From assembly GCA_031362565.1 (NCBI GenBank), contig JANLSU010000053.1, forward strand, positions 1-47,427: a stretch of 47,427 nucleotides of DNA, read 5' to 3'. Source of the stretch: a bacterium. GTDB taxonomy: Bacteria > Krumholzibacteriota > Krumholzibacteriia > G020349025. This document shows positions 10,059 through 19,311 of the stretch, piece after piece (within the stretch, counting starts at the first letter, position 1; each line of letters begins with the position of its first letter). The notes beneath the pieces were generated by a model. It had not been told where the DNA came from. It made no database searches and was given only the letters and a program-made list of their open reading frames with translations. Position numbers and translations under genes: made by a program.

Positions 10059-12089
10059 ATGCGCACCACTCGACCGGGTCCCGAGACCGCTGCCGCGACC
10101 GGCCTTCCCTGGTGGCGTGATTCGACGTGGCGCGTGGTGGCGCTCCTGGGCGCTTGTGGCGCGCTGGTCTATGGCAACACGCTCGGCAACCCCTTCGTGT
10201 TCGACGACGGGTTCGCGATCACCGGCAATCCGAACATCCGGCATCTGTGGCCCCTGGGTCAGGCGCTCGGCGCGCCGGCGGGGTCGGGCGCGAGCGGCCG
10301 GCCGGTCGTGGCGTTGTCGCTGGCGTTGAACTACGCGGCTGGCGGACTGCACGTTCTGGGCTACCACCTCTTCAACATTGCGGCGCATGTGGGCGTCGCC
10401 ATCGTGCTCTTTGGTCTCGCGCGCCGGACCTTTGCGAGTCCGCGTTTGGTGGCGCGCTTTGGCGGACGCCGGACACCGCTCGCGGTGGCGATCGCGCTCC
10501 TGTGGCTCCTGCACCCGCTGCAGACAGCGGCGCTCGACCACGTGAGCTACCGCAACGAGATCCTGATGGGCTTGTTCTACTTGCTCACGTTGTATGGCGT
10601 GGCGCGCGTCGCGGGCGGCACGGCGATCGCGGCGCGGCGTTGGTCGCTGTTGACGGTCGGCGCCTGCCTGCTGGGCATGGGCTCCAAGGAGGCCATGGTC
10701 ACAGCACCTTGCATTGCCGCGTTGTACGACCGGGTGTTCTGGTCGGCATCGTGGGCGGCTGTGTTCCGTGCCCGGCGCGGGCTCTACGCGGGACTTGCGG
10801 CGACCTGGATCGTGCTCGCCCTCTGCATCGGAGCGGGCAGCCGCGGCGATTCCGTGACCGTGCACAGTACCTTCTGCACGCCCGCCGACTACGCGCGGAC
10901 CCAGTTCGGAGTCGTGCTGCACTACCTGCAACTCGCCGTGTGGCCCCGGTCACTGGCGATCGACGTCGAGTGGCCGGTCGCCAAGAGCTGGGGAGCTGTG
11001 TGGCCGGCGGCTGGCTGCATCGTGGCACTTTGGATCGCCACCGTTTGGGCGCTCTGGCGCCGGCCGGTGTGGGGATTTCTCGGGGCCTGGTTCTTTGTCG
11101 TGTTGGCGCCGACTTCGAGCATCGTGCCGTTGACCGGCGCGATCGTCGGCGCGCACCGGATGTATGTGCCGCTCGTGGCCCTCGTCGCCGCCGTCGTTGC
11201 AGCCGGCAGCCTCCTGCTCGACCGCTGGGTGCCAGCGCGCGGTTCGCTCGCCCGCGTCGCAGGCACTGCGGGCGTCGCGTTGCTGGCGGTTGGACTCGGG
11301 ACTTGCACCTTCGAACGCAATCGGGTCTTTCAGAGCGACATCACGCTGTGGACCGACGCCGTCACGAAGTCGCCAGGTAACGCACGTGCCCACAACAACT
11401 TGGGGAGTGCACTTCTCAGGCAAGGTCAACTCGAGGCGGCCCAGGGGCACTTCGCGACGGCGCTCCGTCTCGATCCCAACAGTGCCGAGGCGCTCGGGAA
11501 CCGCGCCAGCGCTCTCATTCGCCAGGGCAATCTCGACGCCGCGGCGGTGGACTTGCGACGCGCGCTGCAATTGGCGCCGCGCAACGCACCGGCGCACTAC
11601 AACATGGGTCTCATCGCGTTGCGAAGAGGCGATCCAAACACTGCTGCAACCGCATTTCGGGCCGCGCTTGCCGCCGATCCGGGCATGGCGGAAGCGCACT
11701 ACAACCTCGGGCTTGCATGCCTGCAATCGCGCGATGAAAGTGCCGCGACGCAAGAATTCCGCGCCGCCATCGAACTGAACGCCGACCATGCGGGCGCGCT
11801 CAACAATCTCGCCTGGGTCCTGGCGACGAGCGCCAACCCGCGCCGGCGCGACGGCGCCGCCGCGGTCCGCTACGCCGAACGTGCGGTGCGACTCGGGCGC
11901 GACACGGATCCGGATTGGCTTGACACGTTGGCGGCCAGCTACGCCGAGGCGGGACGCTTCGATGCCGCGGTCGCGACCGTCGAGCGGGCGCTCCAACAGG
12001 CGGCGGCCTCGGGGCGGCAGCAGCTCGCACCGAAACTCACCGCCCGGCTCGCGCTCTATAAGGCGCACGAGCCCTACCGGATGCCGTGA
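10059..12089 (+). CDS. TMTC-like GT-C membrane glycosyltransferase with C-terminal TPR repeats
   Basis: FVFDD acidic loop, RP, YH..N..H, HP, SKE motifs, many TM helices, then TPRs (AHNNLG, AHYNMG, AHYNLG, ALNNLA). Confidence 0.85.
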   Translation: MRTTRPGPETAAATGLPWWRDSTWRVVALLGACGALVYGNTLGNPFVFDDGFAITGNPNIRHLWPLGQALGAPAGSGASGRPVVALSLALNYAAGGLHVLGYHLFNIAAHVGVAIVLFGLARRTFASPRLVARFGGRRTPLAVAIALLWLLHPLQTAALDHVSYRNEILMGLFYLLTLYGVARVAGGTAIAARRWSLLTVGACLLGMGSKEAMVTAPCIAALYDRVFWSASWAAVFRARRGLYAGLAATWIVLALCIGAGSRGDSVTVHSTFCTPADYARTQFGVVLHYLQLAVWPRSLAIDVEWPVAKSWGAVWPAAGCIVALWIATVWALWRRPVWGFLGAWFFVVLAPTSSIVPLTGAIVGAHRMYVPLVALVAAVVAAGSLLLDRWVPARGSLARVAGTAGVALLAVGLGTCTFERNRVFQSDITLWTDAVTKSPGNARAHNNLGSALLRQGQLEAAQGHFATALRLDPNSAEALGNRASALIRQGNLDAAAVDLRRALQLAPRNAPAHYNMGLIALRRGDPNTAATAFRAALAADPGMAEAHYNLGLACLQSRDESAATQEFRAAIELNADHAGALNNLAWVLATSANPRRRDGAAAVRYAERAVRLGRDTDPDWLDTLAASYAEAGRFDAAVATVERALQQAAASGRQQLAPKLTARLALYKAHEPYRMP

Positions 12090-12182
12090 CGATCTTGCGA
12101 GTCGTGGCGCGGTCCGGACGGCAAGCGCGTCTGGACGAAGATTGAGGCGTCGGCGCGCGCGGGTACCACGCAGCTTATTCGG

Positions 12183-13715
12183 GTGCGCCGCGACCGAGCG
12201 GCCACGCCGCCGGGGCGGCGCGGCGACTGTGGCCGCGAATTTGCAGTTCCACACTCCGTGCGCCCACGATCTTCCATCAGCCGCGGCCATCGCTCGCCCG
12301 CATTCGGGTTCTACTGCGCCTATGCGGCGTTCGTGGCCTACGCGACGTTGTTGCCGTTCCAATTCCAGTTTGGCTCAGCAGCGCTGCGCAGCAAGACGCA
12401 TTGGGTGAACTGGGACCCTCGCACCTTGACCACGGGCGAGCCGACACCGCTCACCGACCTTGTGGCCAACGTTCTCTTCTTCATGCCGTTGGGTTTCATC
12501 GGGGTGCACGGCCAACGGCGCCGGCGCAGCGCGGAACTCGTTTTCCGCAGCGCATTCGCCGGCTTCATGCTGAGCGCGGCGGTCGAGATCGCACAGTTCT
12601 TCACGCCGGACCGCAATCCGGCGACGAGCGACGTCATCACCAACACGCTGGGTGCGGCTCTCGGGGCGATGCTCGCGGTATGGGCTCGCACCCGGTTACA
12701 AGGCGCCGTTCTGCGGCGTGTGACCCGTTGGACGGCGGCCGAACCGATGTTGCCACTGTTCGTGGGCTTCGGTGTGCTCGTGGTTATTTCGGCACTCGCA
12801 CCGTTCGATGTGGCGGTTTCGTTGAGCTGGGTGCGGCACGGCCTGCGCGTCGCCCAATTGGATCCGCACGGCACCGTGCTCGACTGGGTGCACGAAATTC
12901 CTATTTTTCTGCAGTACGCGCTTCTGGCCAGCCTCGCGTGGAACGTCGGCCGGCGCCTGTTGCCCGGGAATGCGCTGTCGCGCGCCGCGTCCTGCTTCAT
13001 GGGGATCGGACTGCTGGCAGTGGGTCTCGAAGCGGCGCAGGTCCTCGTGCACTCGCATGTCTGCTCGGTGCGCGACGCCATGGGCGCATTGGCGGGGACC
13101 GGCGCCGGCATCTTGGCCGCCGCGTTCCTGATGGCGGCCGGGTGGTCGCGGGTGGGATGGACGCTCACCGGCGTAGCGCTCGCCGTGTCGCTCGCGGTAC
13201 GGGCGTTACAGCCGTTCGCTTTCCACTTCGATGCCGCGACGTTGGAGCATCGCGTCACCTTCACGACCCTCATCCCGTATTCGAGCTACTACTACAAGGC
13301 CACCGTCGAAGCCCTGGCCGATTTCATGGACGCGCTACTGGCGTACGTGCCGTTGGCCTTCGTCTTGGCGCGCGCCCAAGGCTTGGGGCGGAACGCGCGG
13401 CCGCGGACCGGGTTCGGCGTGGCGTGCTTGTGCGCCGGCGTGGCGCTGGTGCTGGAACTCCTGCAACTCGGACTGCCGTCGCGGCACCCCGAGGTTTCGG
13501 ACATTCTCACCGCCGCGCTCGGTGGCGGTCTGGGAGCCTATGCGTGGCGTTGGTATGCGTCGCTCGCGGGTGTCGCAGCCGCGGCCGCCGCCGGCGCGAT
13601 GCACGGTCTCGACCCGGCGCCGTTGCCCGAAGAAGCCGCCGCAATGCAGTTGCCGCCAAGCACCGGCCCGGAACTCGTCACCGTGCAGCCAACCGCGGCG
13701 CGCCCACCGGTCTGA
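12183..13715 (+). CDS. Polytopic membrane protein with three VanZ-like repeats
   Basis: NVLFFMPLG...EIAQ..PDR...SDVITNTLG; EAAQ...RDAMG; ELLQ..PSR..SDILT. Start uncertain (12183 or 12258). Confidence 0.8.
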   Translation: MRRDRAATPPGRRGDCGREFAVPHSVRPRSSISRGHRSPAFGFYCAYAAFVAYATLLPFQFQFGSAALRSKTHWVNWDPRTLTTGEPTPLTDLVANVLFFMPLGFIGVHGQRRRRSAELVFRSAFAGFMLSAAVEIAQFFTPDRNPATSDVITNTLGAALGAMLAVWARTRLQGAVLRRVTRWTAAEPMLPLFVGFGVLVVISALAPFDVAVSLSWVRHGLRVAQLDPHGTVLDWVHEIPIFLQYALLASLAWNVGRRLLPGNALSRAASCFMGIGLLAVGLEAAQVLVHSHVCSVRDAMGALAGTGAGILAAAFLMAAGWSRVGWTLTGVALAVSLAVRALQPFAFHFDAATLEHRVTFTTLIPYSSYYYKATVEALADFMDALLAYVPLAFVLARAQGLGRNARPRTGFGVACLCAGVALVLELLQLGLPSRHPEVSDILTAALGGGLGAYAWRWYASLAGVAAAAAAGAMHGLDPAPLPEEAAAMQLPPSTGPELVTVQPTAARPPV

Positions 13716-13717
13716 AT

Positions 13718-15214
13718 CTACCGGACCAGCATCATCTTGATGGACCAGCGCCCGCCGTCCGCGTCCATGCGGCAGAGGTACGCGCCGGAAGGCAACGGCG
13801 CCCCCGACCGGTCCCGGGCGTTCCAGGTCACATGCTGCGCCCCCGCCGGGTATTCACCATCGACGACATCCGCCACGAACGAACCGTCCGGCCGGTAGAT
13901 CCGCAACTTCACACGGCCCGCTTTCGGGACGTCGAAGTTGATCGTGGTCGTCGGGTTGAACGGATTCGGGACGTTTTGGCGCAGCGCCGGCACCACGGGC
14001 GCCGTTGCAACATCGGTCGGCTGAATCGTCTTGTCGATTCGCACGTAGTCCATCATCTGCCCGTTCATGCTGTCGAAGGTCAGGATGTAGAGCGTCTTGC
14101 CGAACACGAAGGCCTGGGTGAACAGGATGTGTTCGTCGACGAAGGCCGCCGTCGGTCCGCAAAGGCTCGTCGGCTCAGCCTCGTTGAACTTGCCGCCGCA
14201 TCCGGACACGATGTAGATCGTCCCCGTGGGGTCCACGTAGTGCGGGTTCTGGCTTTGGTTCTGCGGCACGCCGTTCACCAACGGATAGAGGCGTTCGTAG
14301 GTGTGCGCGTGCCCGTTGAACACCACATCCACCTTGAACTCGTCGAAGATCGGCCAGAGCAGCGCCGAAAGCGTTGGGATATTGCTCTTGTAGGTGCAAG
14401 TGAGCACCGGGTGGTGGTAGTACACGAAGGTCCAGGTCGCCTTGCCCTTCACGGCCTGCAGATCGGCCCGCAGCCATGCGAGCTGGGCCGCCTCGTTGTA
14501 GAGAAAACCGTCGGCGGTGTCGAGGGCGATGAAATGCGCGTTGCCGTGATCGAACGAGTAGTAGTGCTCGTTGTTTGGCAGAGCCCACTCGCGGCAATAG
14601 TTGGAATCGGGGTCCACATGCCAATCGTGGTTGCCGAGCGCCGGCCAGATCGTCGTGTTCGCCATGAGATTGCGCCATGGCGTCATGAGCTGCGGGTCGT
14701 AGTTCGCCGATTCGCCGTCGGGATAGACGATGTCGCCGCACAGCAGCCCGAACTCGGCGCGCGGCGATACATTGCGGATCATGTCGTCGGTGAAATGCTG
14801 TTTGGCGCGGGTCGGATCGGCCTCACCGATGTCGCCGCTCACGAAGAACGAGAACTGCGTGTCGTCACGCCCGAGGTCGGTGCGGAACCGGTAGAGATCG
14901 GTATCCTGCACGAGGATCGTCGCGCCCTCGCGCAGCCGGTAGCGGTATTCGGTGCCCGGCACGAGACCGGTGAGCGTGATCTCGTGCTTGGTGGTCGGCG
15001 CCGCTTCGGTGAACGACAGGTTGTAGGCGGTGCCCGTCCCATACTCGATGGTCTGCTGCGCCGGGGTCGCGGTGCGCCACATGAGGGTGATGCGATCGCG
15101 GCCGGGCGACTGGGGGTAGGGATAGCGGGTGAGAGTGGCCGCGGCGTGGGCGATAACGGGCAAGGCGCACAAAAACGCCCCTGCAAGGGACTGAACCCAG
15201 CGAGTGGAAGTCAT
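13718..15214 (-). CDS. Secreted purple acid phosphatase-like metallophosphoesterase with Fn3-like N-domain and FlgD-Ig/T9SS-type C-terminal domain
   Basis: Signal peptide AHA-A; motifs GDIG, GDIVY, GNHD, YHHP, GHAH; C-terminal QNVPNPFNPTT...SGAYLCR; SD GAGGAG. Confidence 0.9.
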   Translation of the reverse strand: MTSTRWVQSLAGAFLCALPVIAHAAATLTRYPYPQSPGRDRITLMWRTATPAQQTIEYGTGTAYNLSFTEAAPTTKHEITLTGLVPGTEYRYRLREGATILVQDTDLYRFRTDLGRDDTQFSFFVSGDIGEADPTRAKQHFTDDMIRNVSPRAEFGLLCGDIVYPDGESANYDPQLMTPWRNLMANTTIWPALGNHDWHVDPDSNYCREWALPNNEHYYSFDHGNAHFIALDTADGFLYNEAAQLAWLRADLQAVKGKATWTFVYYHHPVLTCTYKSNIPTLSALLWPIFDEFKVDVVFNGHAHTYERLYPLVNGVPQNQSQNPHYVDPTGTIYIVSGCGGKFNEAEPTSLCGPTAAFVDEHILFTQAFVFGKTLYILTFDSMNGQMMDYVRIDKTIQPTDVATAPVVPALRQNVPNPFNPTTTINFDVPKAGRVKLRIYRPDGSFVADVVDGEYPAGAQHVTWNARDRSGAPLPSGAYLCRMDADGGRWSIKMMLVR

Positions 15215-15296
15215 AGCGCTCCTCACCGGACCGCACGGTCCGGACCCTTGGTCGACAGCGATGTGTGTGGTGCCGGCTGGGGAGAGCACGTGCCTT

Positions 15297-15326
15297 ATAG
15301 TAGCATTGCAAAACACAATGTGACAA
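15297..15326 (-). promoter_or_regulatory. sigma70-type promoter of the phosphatase gene
   Basis: Minus strand TTGTCA-18 nt-TACTAT with extended -10 TG; AT-rich patch. Confidence 0.65.
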
Positions 15327-15344
15327 CTATTGAGGGCGATCGCT

Positions 15345-16379
15345 TCACGTAATGGGTGAAATGACGATCTTGCCCACGACGGAGCGTTCTTCGAGGCGGC
15401 GATGGCCGTCGGCGACCTGCTGCAGCGGCAGCACGTGGTCGATGACCGGATGCAGGTCGCCCGTTGCCATGAGCCCGGCGATGCGGAGCAGTTCGGCCTT
15501 GCTGCCCATCGTGGAGCCAAGGAGGGAAAGGTTCTTGAAGAAGAGCAGCCGCAGGTTGGTGCGCGCCTCGTAGCCGCTTGTCGCGCCGCAAATCACCAGG
15601 CGCCCGCCGGCGGCCAGAGACCGGATGTTGCCCTCCCACGTATCGGTGCCGACGTGATCCAACACCGCGTCGACGCCGCGTTTGCCGGTCAGGCGTCGCG
15701 CTTCGGCGGCGAAATCGACATCGCGGTACAGCAGCACTTCGTCGGCGCCCAAGGCGCGCACGCGTTCGACCTTGTCGGCTGCACCCACCGTGGTGAGGAC
15801 CCGGGCCCGATGCAACTTGGCAATCTGAATCGCGGCACTGCCGACGCCGCTCGCACCGGCATGAATGAGCACCGTTTCGCCGGGCAGCAGGCGTGCCCGG
15901 GTGACGGCCATGTGCCAGGCGGTGAGGAAGACGAGCGGGAAGGCGGCCGCCGACTCGAAGCTCAGACCGTCCTCTATCGGCATGACATTGGCGGCCGGCA
16001 CCGAGATGAATTCCGCCTGGGTGCCATCCCGGTGCTCGCCGAGGATGCCATAATGGCGGCACAGGAAGTCGTCGCCCGACGAGCAGGCGCTGCAGCGGCC
16101 GCAGGAGACTCCCGGCTGTAGCGCGACGCGCGTTCCGGGCGTCGGCCCGGTGACGCCGGCGCCCAGTTCCGCCACCACGCCGGCCCCGTCACAACCCGGA
16201 ATGAGCGGCAGCGGGTACTTCACGCCCGGGATGCCGCGCCGAACCCAAACGTCGAGATGGTTGAGACTTGCGGCCTTCATCTCGACCAGGATCTCGCCTG
16301 GTCCAGGGCTCGGCTTCGGGCACTCGGTCCACTCCAAGCGGTCGAGCCCGCCGTGTTCGCGGATGACAATGGCCCGCAC
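15345..16379 (-). CDS. Zinc-binding dehydrogenase / quinone oxidoreductase-like (MDR family)
   Basis: SLNHLD, PGCDGAG, structural Zn motif CGRCSAC..C, GASGVG; GTG start with GGAGG SD. Confidence 0.9.
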   Translation of the reverse strand: MRAIVIREHGGLDRLEWTECPKPSPGPGEILVEMKAASLNHLDVWVRRGIPGVKYPLPLIPGCDGAGVVAELGAGVTGPTPGTRVALQPGVSCGRCSACSSGDDFLCRHYGILGEHRDGTQAEFISVPAANVMPIEDGLSFESAAAFPLVFLTAWHMAVTRARLLPGETVLIHAGASGVGSAAIQIAKLHRARVLTTVGAADKVERVRALGADEVLLYRDVDFAAEARRLTGKRGVDAVLDHVGTDTWEGNIRSLAAGGRLVICGATSGYEARTNLRLLFFKNLSLLGSTMGSKAELLRIAGLMATGDLHPVIDHVLPLQQVADGHRRLEERSVVGKIVISPIT

Positions 16380-16440
16380 CGGATTCGCCTCCCAAACGCC
16401 CGGCCGGGCGGAGTGCCGAGCCGTCTGATGCCGAAGACCT

Positions 16441-17301
16441 TCAAGCGCCGAAAACTTCCGCCGCATTGTCGTAGAGAATGCGGCGCTTGGTTTCGTCCGA
16501 GAGCGCCGTGGCGTTGAACTCCGCGACGTTGCGGACCGGCGACGAGACGCCGGGGCTCGGCCAGTCGGTGCCCCACAGAACGCGATTGGCGATCTCCTCG
16601 AGCCGCGGGAAGTACTCGAGGAGCCGCCGCGGCGGCACGCCGCTCACGTCGATCCATACGTTGCGGTGGCGGCGCACCAAGAAGAAGCACGTCTCCATGT
16701 AGAGCGGCCGGCCGCCGTGTGCCATGACGATGCGCAGGTTCGGGAAGTCGCACGCCACGTCGTCGACCGCCATCGGGTCGGCAAACCGGTTGCGAGCGCC
16801 AGGGAAGACCGACGTTCCCGTATGCACCATGACCGGCAGGCCGCGCTCGGCGGCCCGCGCATACAACGCCGCCTGCGCCTCCAGCCCATGCACGTAGGCG
16901 TTGGCTTGGACGAGCTGATGCGGCGGGTGCACTTTGAGGGCGCGAACGCCGAGGTCCGCCACCCGGTCGACTTCGGCGGTGGCGGCTTTGGCGTCTACGG
17001 TGAGGCGGGGATGGACCGAACCCATCGCCACCAAACGCTTCTCCCGGCCGCGCACGTACGCCGCGACCCAGTCGTTGGCCTCCGCCGTAAAACCCATGAC
17101 ATCCGGGCTCACGTAGTTGACGAGCACGGCGCGTTCGATGTTCTCGCGATCGAGGAACGCGACGAAGGCGCCCGGATCCTTGGCCATGGCCACGACCGCG
17201 TCGCGATCCGGCTTGCCCTGCCACATGCGATCGAAGACGTCGGCATGCATCATGTGCCAGGGCTGCATGTGCATGTGGGCATCAAAAACGCGCGCCGTCA
17301 T
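16441..17301 (-). CDS. Amidohydrolase_2 family metal-dependent hydrolase
   Basis: DAHMH, KVHP, VHTG, AHGG, WGTDWP; ATG overlaps the upstream stop (TGATG). Confidence 0.9.
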   Translation of the reverse strand: MTARVFDAHMHMQPWHMMHADVFDRMWQGKPDRDAVVAMAKDPGAFVAFLDRENIERAVLVNYVSPDVMGFTAEANDWVAAYVRGREKRLVAMGSVHPRLTVDAKAATAEVDRVADLGVRALKVHPPHQLVQANAYVHGLEAQAALYARAAERGLPVMVHTGTSVFPGARNRFADPMAVDDVACDFPNLRIVMAHGGRPLYMETCFFLVRRHRNVWIDVSGVPPRRLLEYFPRLEEIANRVLWGTDWPSPGVSSPVRNVAEFNATALSDETKRRILYDNAAEVFGA

Positions 17302-18107
17302 CAGCGGCCCTTGAATTGCGGCGCGCGCTTCTCGAGGTAGGCCGCGATGCCTTCGCCGGCATCTTCGCTCGTGAAGAGCTGTTGCTGCAGCTCGCGCTCG
17401 AGCGCCAAGCCTTGCTCGAAGCCGACTTCGAGGCCGGTTTGCACGGCCCGCTTGATGAGCCCAACGGCTTTGGAGGCGCGCGCCGGCGGCACGAATTGCC
17501 GCGCGTAGTCGCGGACCTCGTCCCAGAAACGCTCCCGGTCGAAGACGCGATTGACGATTCCCAACCCGAGCGCCTCGTCGAAGTCCATGGTGCGCGCCGT
17601 CGCCATCATTTCGATGGCGCGCGATTTGCCGACCAGCCGTGCCAGGCGTTGCGTACCGCCGGTGCCGGGCAGCACGCCGAGCTGGACTTCGGGCAAACCC
17701 AGCTTGCCGGCGCCACGGCAGGCGACGCGGATGTCGGCCGCGAGTGCCACTTCGAGCCCGCCGCCGACGCAGTGGCCGTTCAGCGCGGCGATCACCAGTT
17801 TGGGTGTCTGCTCGAGCCGGTTCAGCGTCTCGTTGGCGTGCAGGCAGAAGTTGTATTTGAACTGCGGCGTGACGCGGGTCAGCATGTTGATGTCGGCGCC
17901 GGCACAAAAGAACTTCTCGCCGGCGCCGCGCAACACGATCACATGCACCGCGGTGTCGAACCGCGCTTGCAGAATGGCGTCGTCCAGTTCGCGCATCAAT
18001 TCGTAGCTGTAGCAGTTGGCCGGCGGCTCGTTGAGTTCGAGCCAGGCGATTCCGTCGTCGACCGAGAAGCGCACTCGGGACGGCGCGTCCGCGTTGGTCG
18101 GAGTCAT
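17301..18107 (-). CDS. Enoyl-CoA hydratase/isomerase
   Basis: FCAGAD, NGHCVGGGLE, LPEVQLGVLPGTGGTQRL; both catalytic Glu present. Confidence 0.95.
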   Translation of the reverse strand: MTPTNADAPSRVRFSVDDGIAWLELNEPPANCYSYELMRELDDAILQARFDTAVHVIVLRGAGEKFFCAGADINMLTRVTPQFKYNFCLHANETLNRLEQTPKLVIAALNGHCVGGGLEVALAADIRVACRGAGKLGLPEVQLGVLPGTGGTQRLARLVGKSRAIEMMATARTMDFDEALGLGIVNRVFDRERFWDEVRDYARQFVPPARASKAVGLIKRAVQTGLEVGFEQGLALERELQQQLFTSEDAGEGIAAYLEKRAPQFKGR

Positions 18108-18126
18108 GGCAGTGGCCTCCGCTTGG

Positions 18127-18984
18127 TCATTCGGTGTCGTATTCGTAGACCCCGCGCCCGGCCTTCTTGCCCAGACGCCCGGCCTTCACGTATTGCACGA
18201 GGAGCGGCGCCGGGCGGAATTTCTCGCCCAGCGACCGGTGCAGGTACTCCAGGATGGCAAGCCGCGTGTCGAGTCCCACGAGGTCCACCAGCTCGAACGG
18301 CCCCATCGGGTGGTTGAGTCCCAACTTGAGGGCGCGATCGATGTCGGGAGCGGTCGCGACGCCTTCTTGCAGCATGTAGAAGGCCTCGTTGCCGATCATG
18401 GCGTTGATCCGGGTGGTGACGAATCCTGGCGATTCGCGCACCACGACGGTCTCCTTGTGCATACGGTGGCCGACGTCGAGGGCGGTTTCGAGTGTTGCGT
18501 CATCGGTCTCGAGGGCGCGGACGATTTCGAGCAGTGCCATGCGCGGCACCGGATTGAAAAAATGCATGCCGAGAACGCGCTCGGGCCGGCGCGTCACACC
18601 GGCCATCTCGGTAATCGACAGCGACGAGGTATTGGACGCCAGAATGGCGTTCGCCGGACACAGACGGTCGAGGTCGGCGAAGAGCCGCAGTTTGAGATCG
18701 ATCTTTTCGGGTGCAGCTTCGATCACGAGGTCGGCACCTTGGGCCATTGCGGCGAGATCGGTCGTCGTCGACAAACGGCCGAGCGCCTCGTCCATTTCGG
18801 CCGGCGACAGTTTCTTCTGCTCGACGCGCTTGGCGAGTCCAGACCGCATCTGGGCGAGGGCCGTCTCCAGTTGGCGCGGTTCGGTGTCTTGCAAGACGGT
18901 CTCGAATCCGCCCTGGGCCGCGACTTGTGCAATGCCGCGTCCCATGATGCCGGCGCCGATGACGCCGACTTTCTTGACTCGCAT
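18127..18984 (-). CDS. 3-hydroxyacyl-CoA dehydrogenase
   Basis: GAGIMG, IEAAPE, SNTSS, GMHFFNP, PMGPFEL.D.VGLD, GRLGKKAGRG; SD GGAGG. Confidence 0.95.
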   Translation of the reverse strand: MRVKKVGVIGAGIMGRGIAQVAAQGGFETVLQDTEPRQLETALAQMRSGLAKRVEQKKLSPAEMDEALGRLSTTTDLAAMAQGADLVIEAAPEKIDLKLRLFADLDRLCPANAILASNTSSLSITEMAGVTRRPERVLGMHFFNPVPRMALLEIVRALETDDATLETALDVGHRMHKETVVVRESPGFVTTRINAMIGNEAFYMLQEGVATAPDIDRALKLGLNHPMGPFELVDLVGLDTRLAILEYLHRSLGEKFRPAPLLVQYVKAGRLGKKAGRGVYEYDTE

Positions 18985-19101
18985 GCGCGCTTGCCTCCCG
19001 ACTGGAGCCCCGAGGTGGATCCTGGCGGGCATGGTGCCACGGCCCTGCCCTGGGACGCCAGAGGGGGCCGACGAGGCTGCTGGGCTCCGGGCGGTGCCCT
19101 G

Positions 19102-19110
19102 TGCTATCTT
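19102..19110 (+). promoter_or_regulatory. Candidate extended -10 promoter for typA
   Basis: TG-C-TATCTT about 200 nt upstream of the typA start. Confidence 0.4.
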
Positions 19111-19311
19111 GTCCTGCTGCCGCCGATGGTGAGGCTGTGTGGGGCGGGGTGGCGGGCTGCGGGGGCTCACTCCGATCGTCTGACGATCCAAGGTGATTTC
19201 GAGGCAGTCCCTATTTGCGACGCCGCACGAGTGCGGGGCCGTCGCGCGCCGTTCGGGTCCGCACCAGGCCCGGCGTCGAGAAGCATTTCAACGTAGGAGC
19301 CGAGAGCACGC

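Noticed and set aside
12401..15352. 983-aa plus-strand ORF
   Set aside because: Shadow frame overlapping the VanZ and phosphatase genes; Arg/Gly-rich with no motifs, typical of high-GC DNA.
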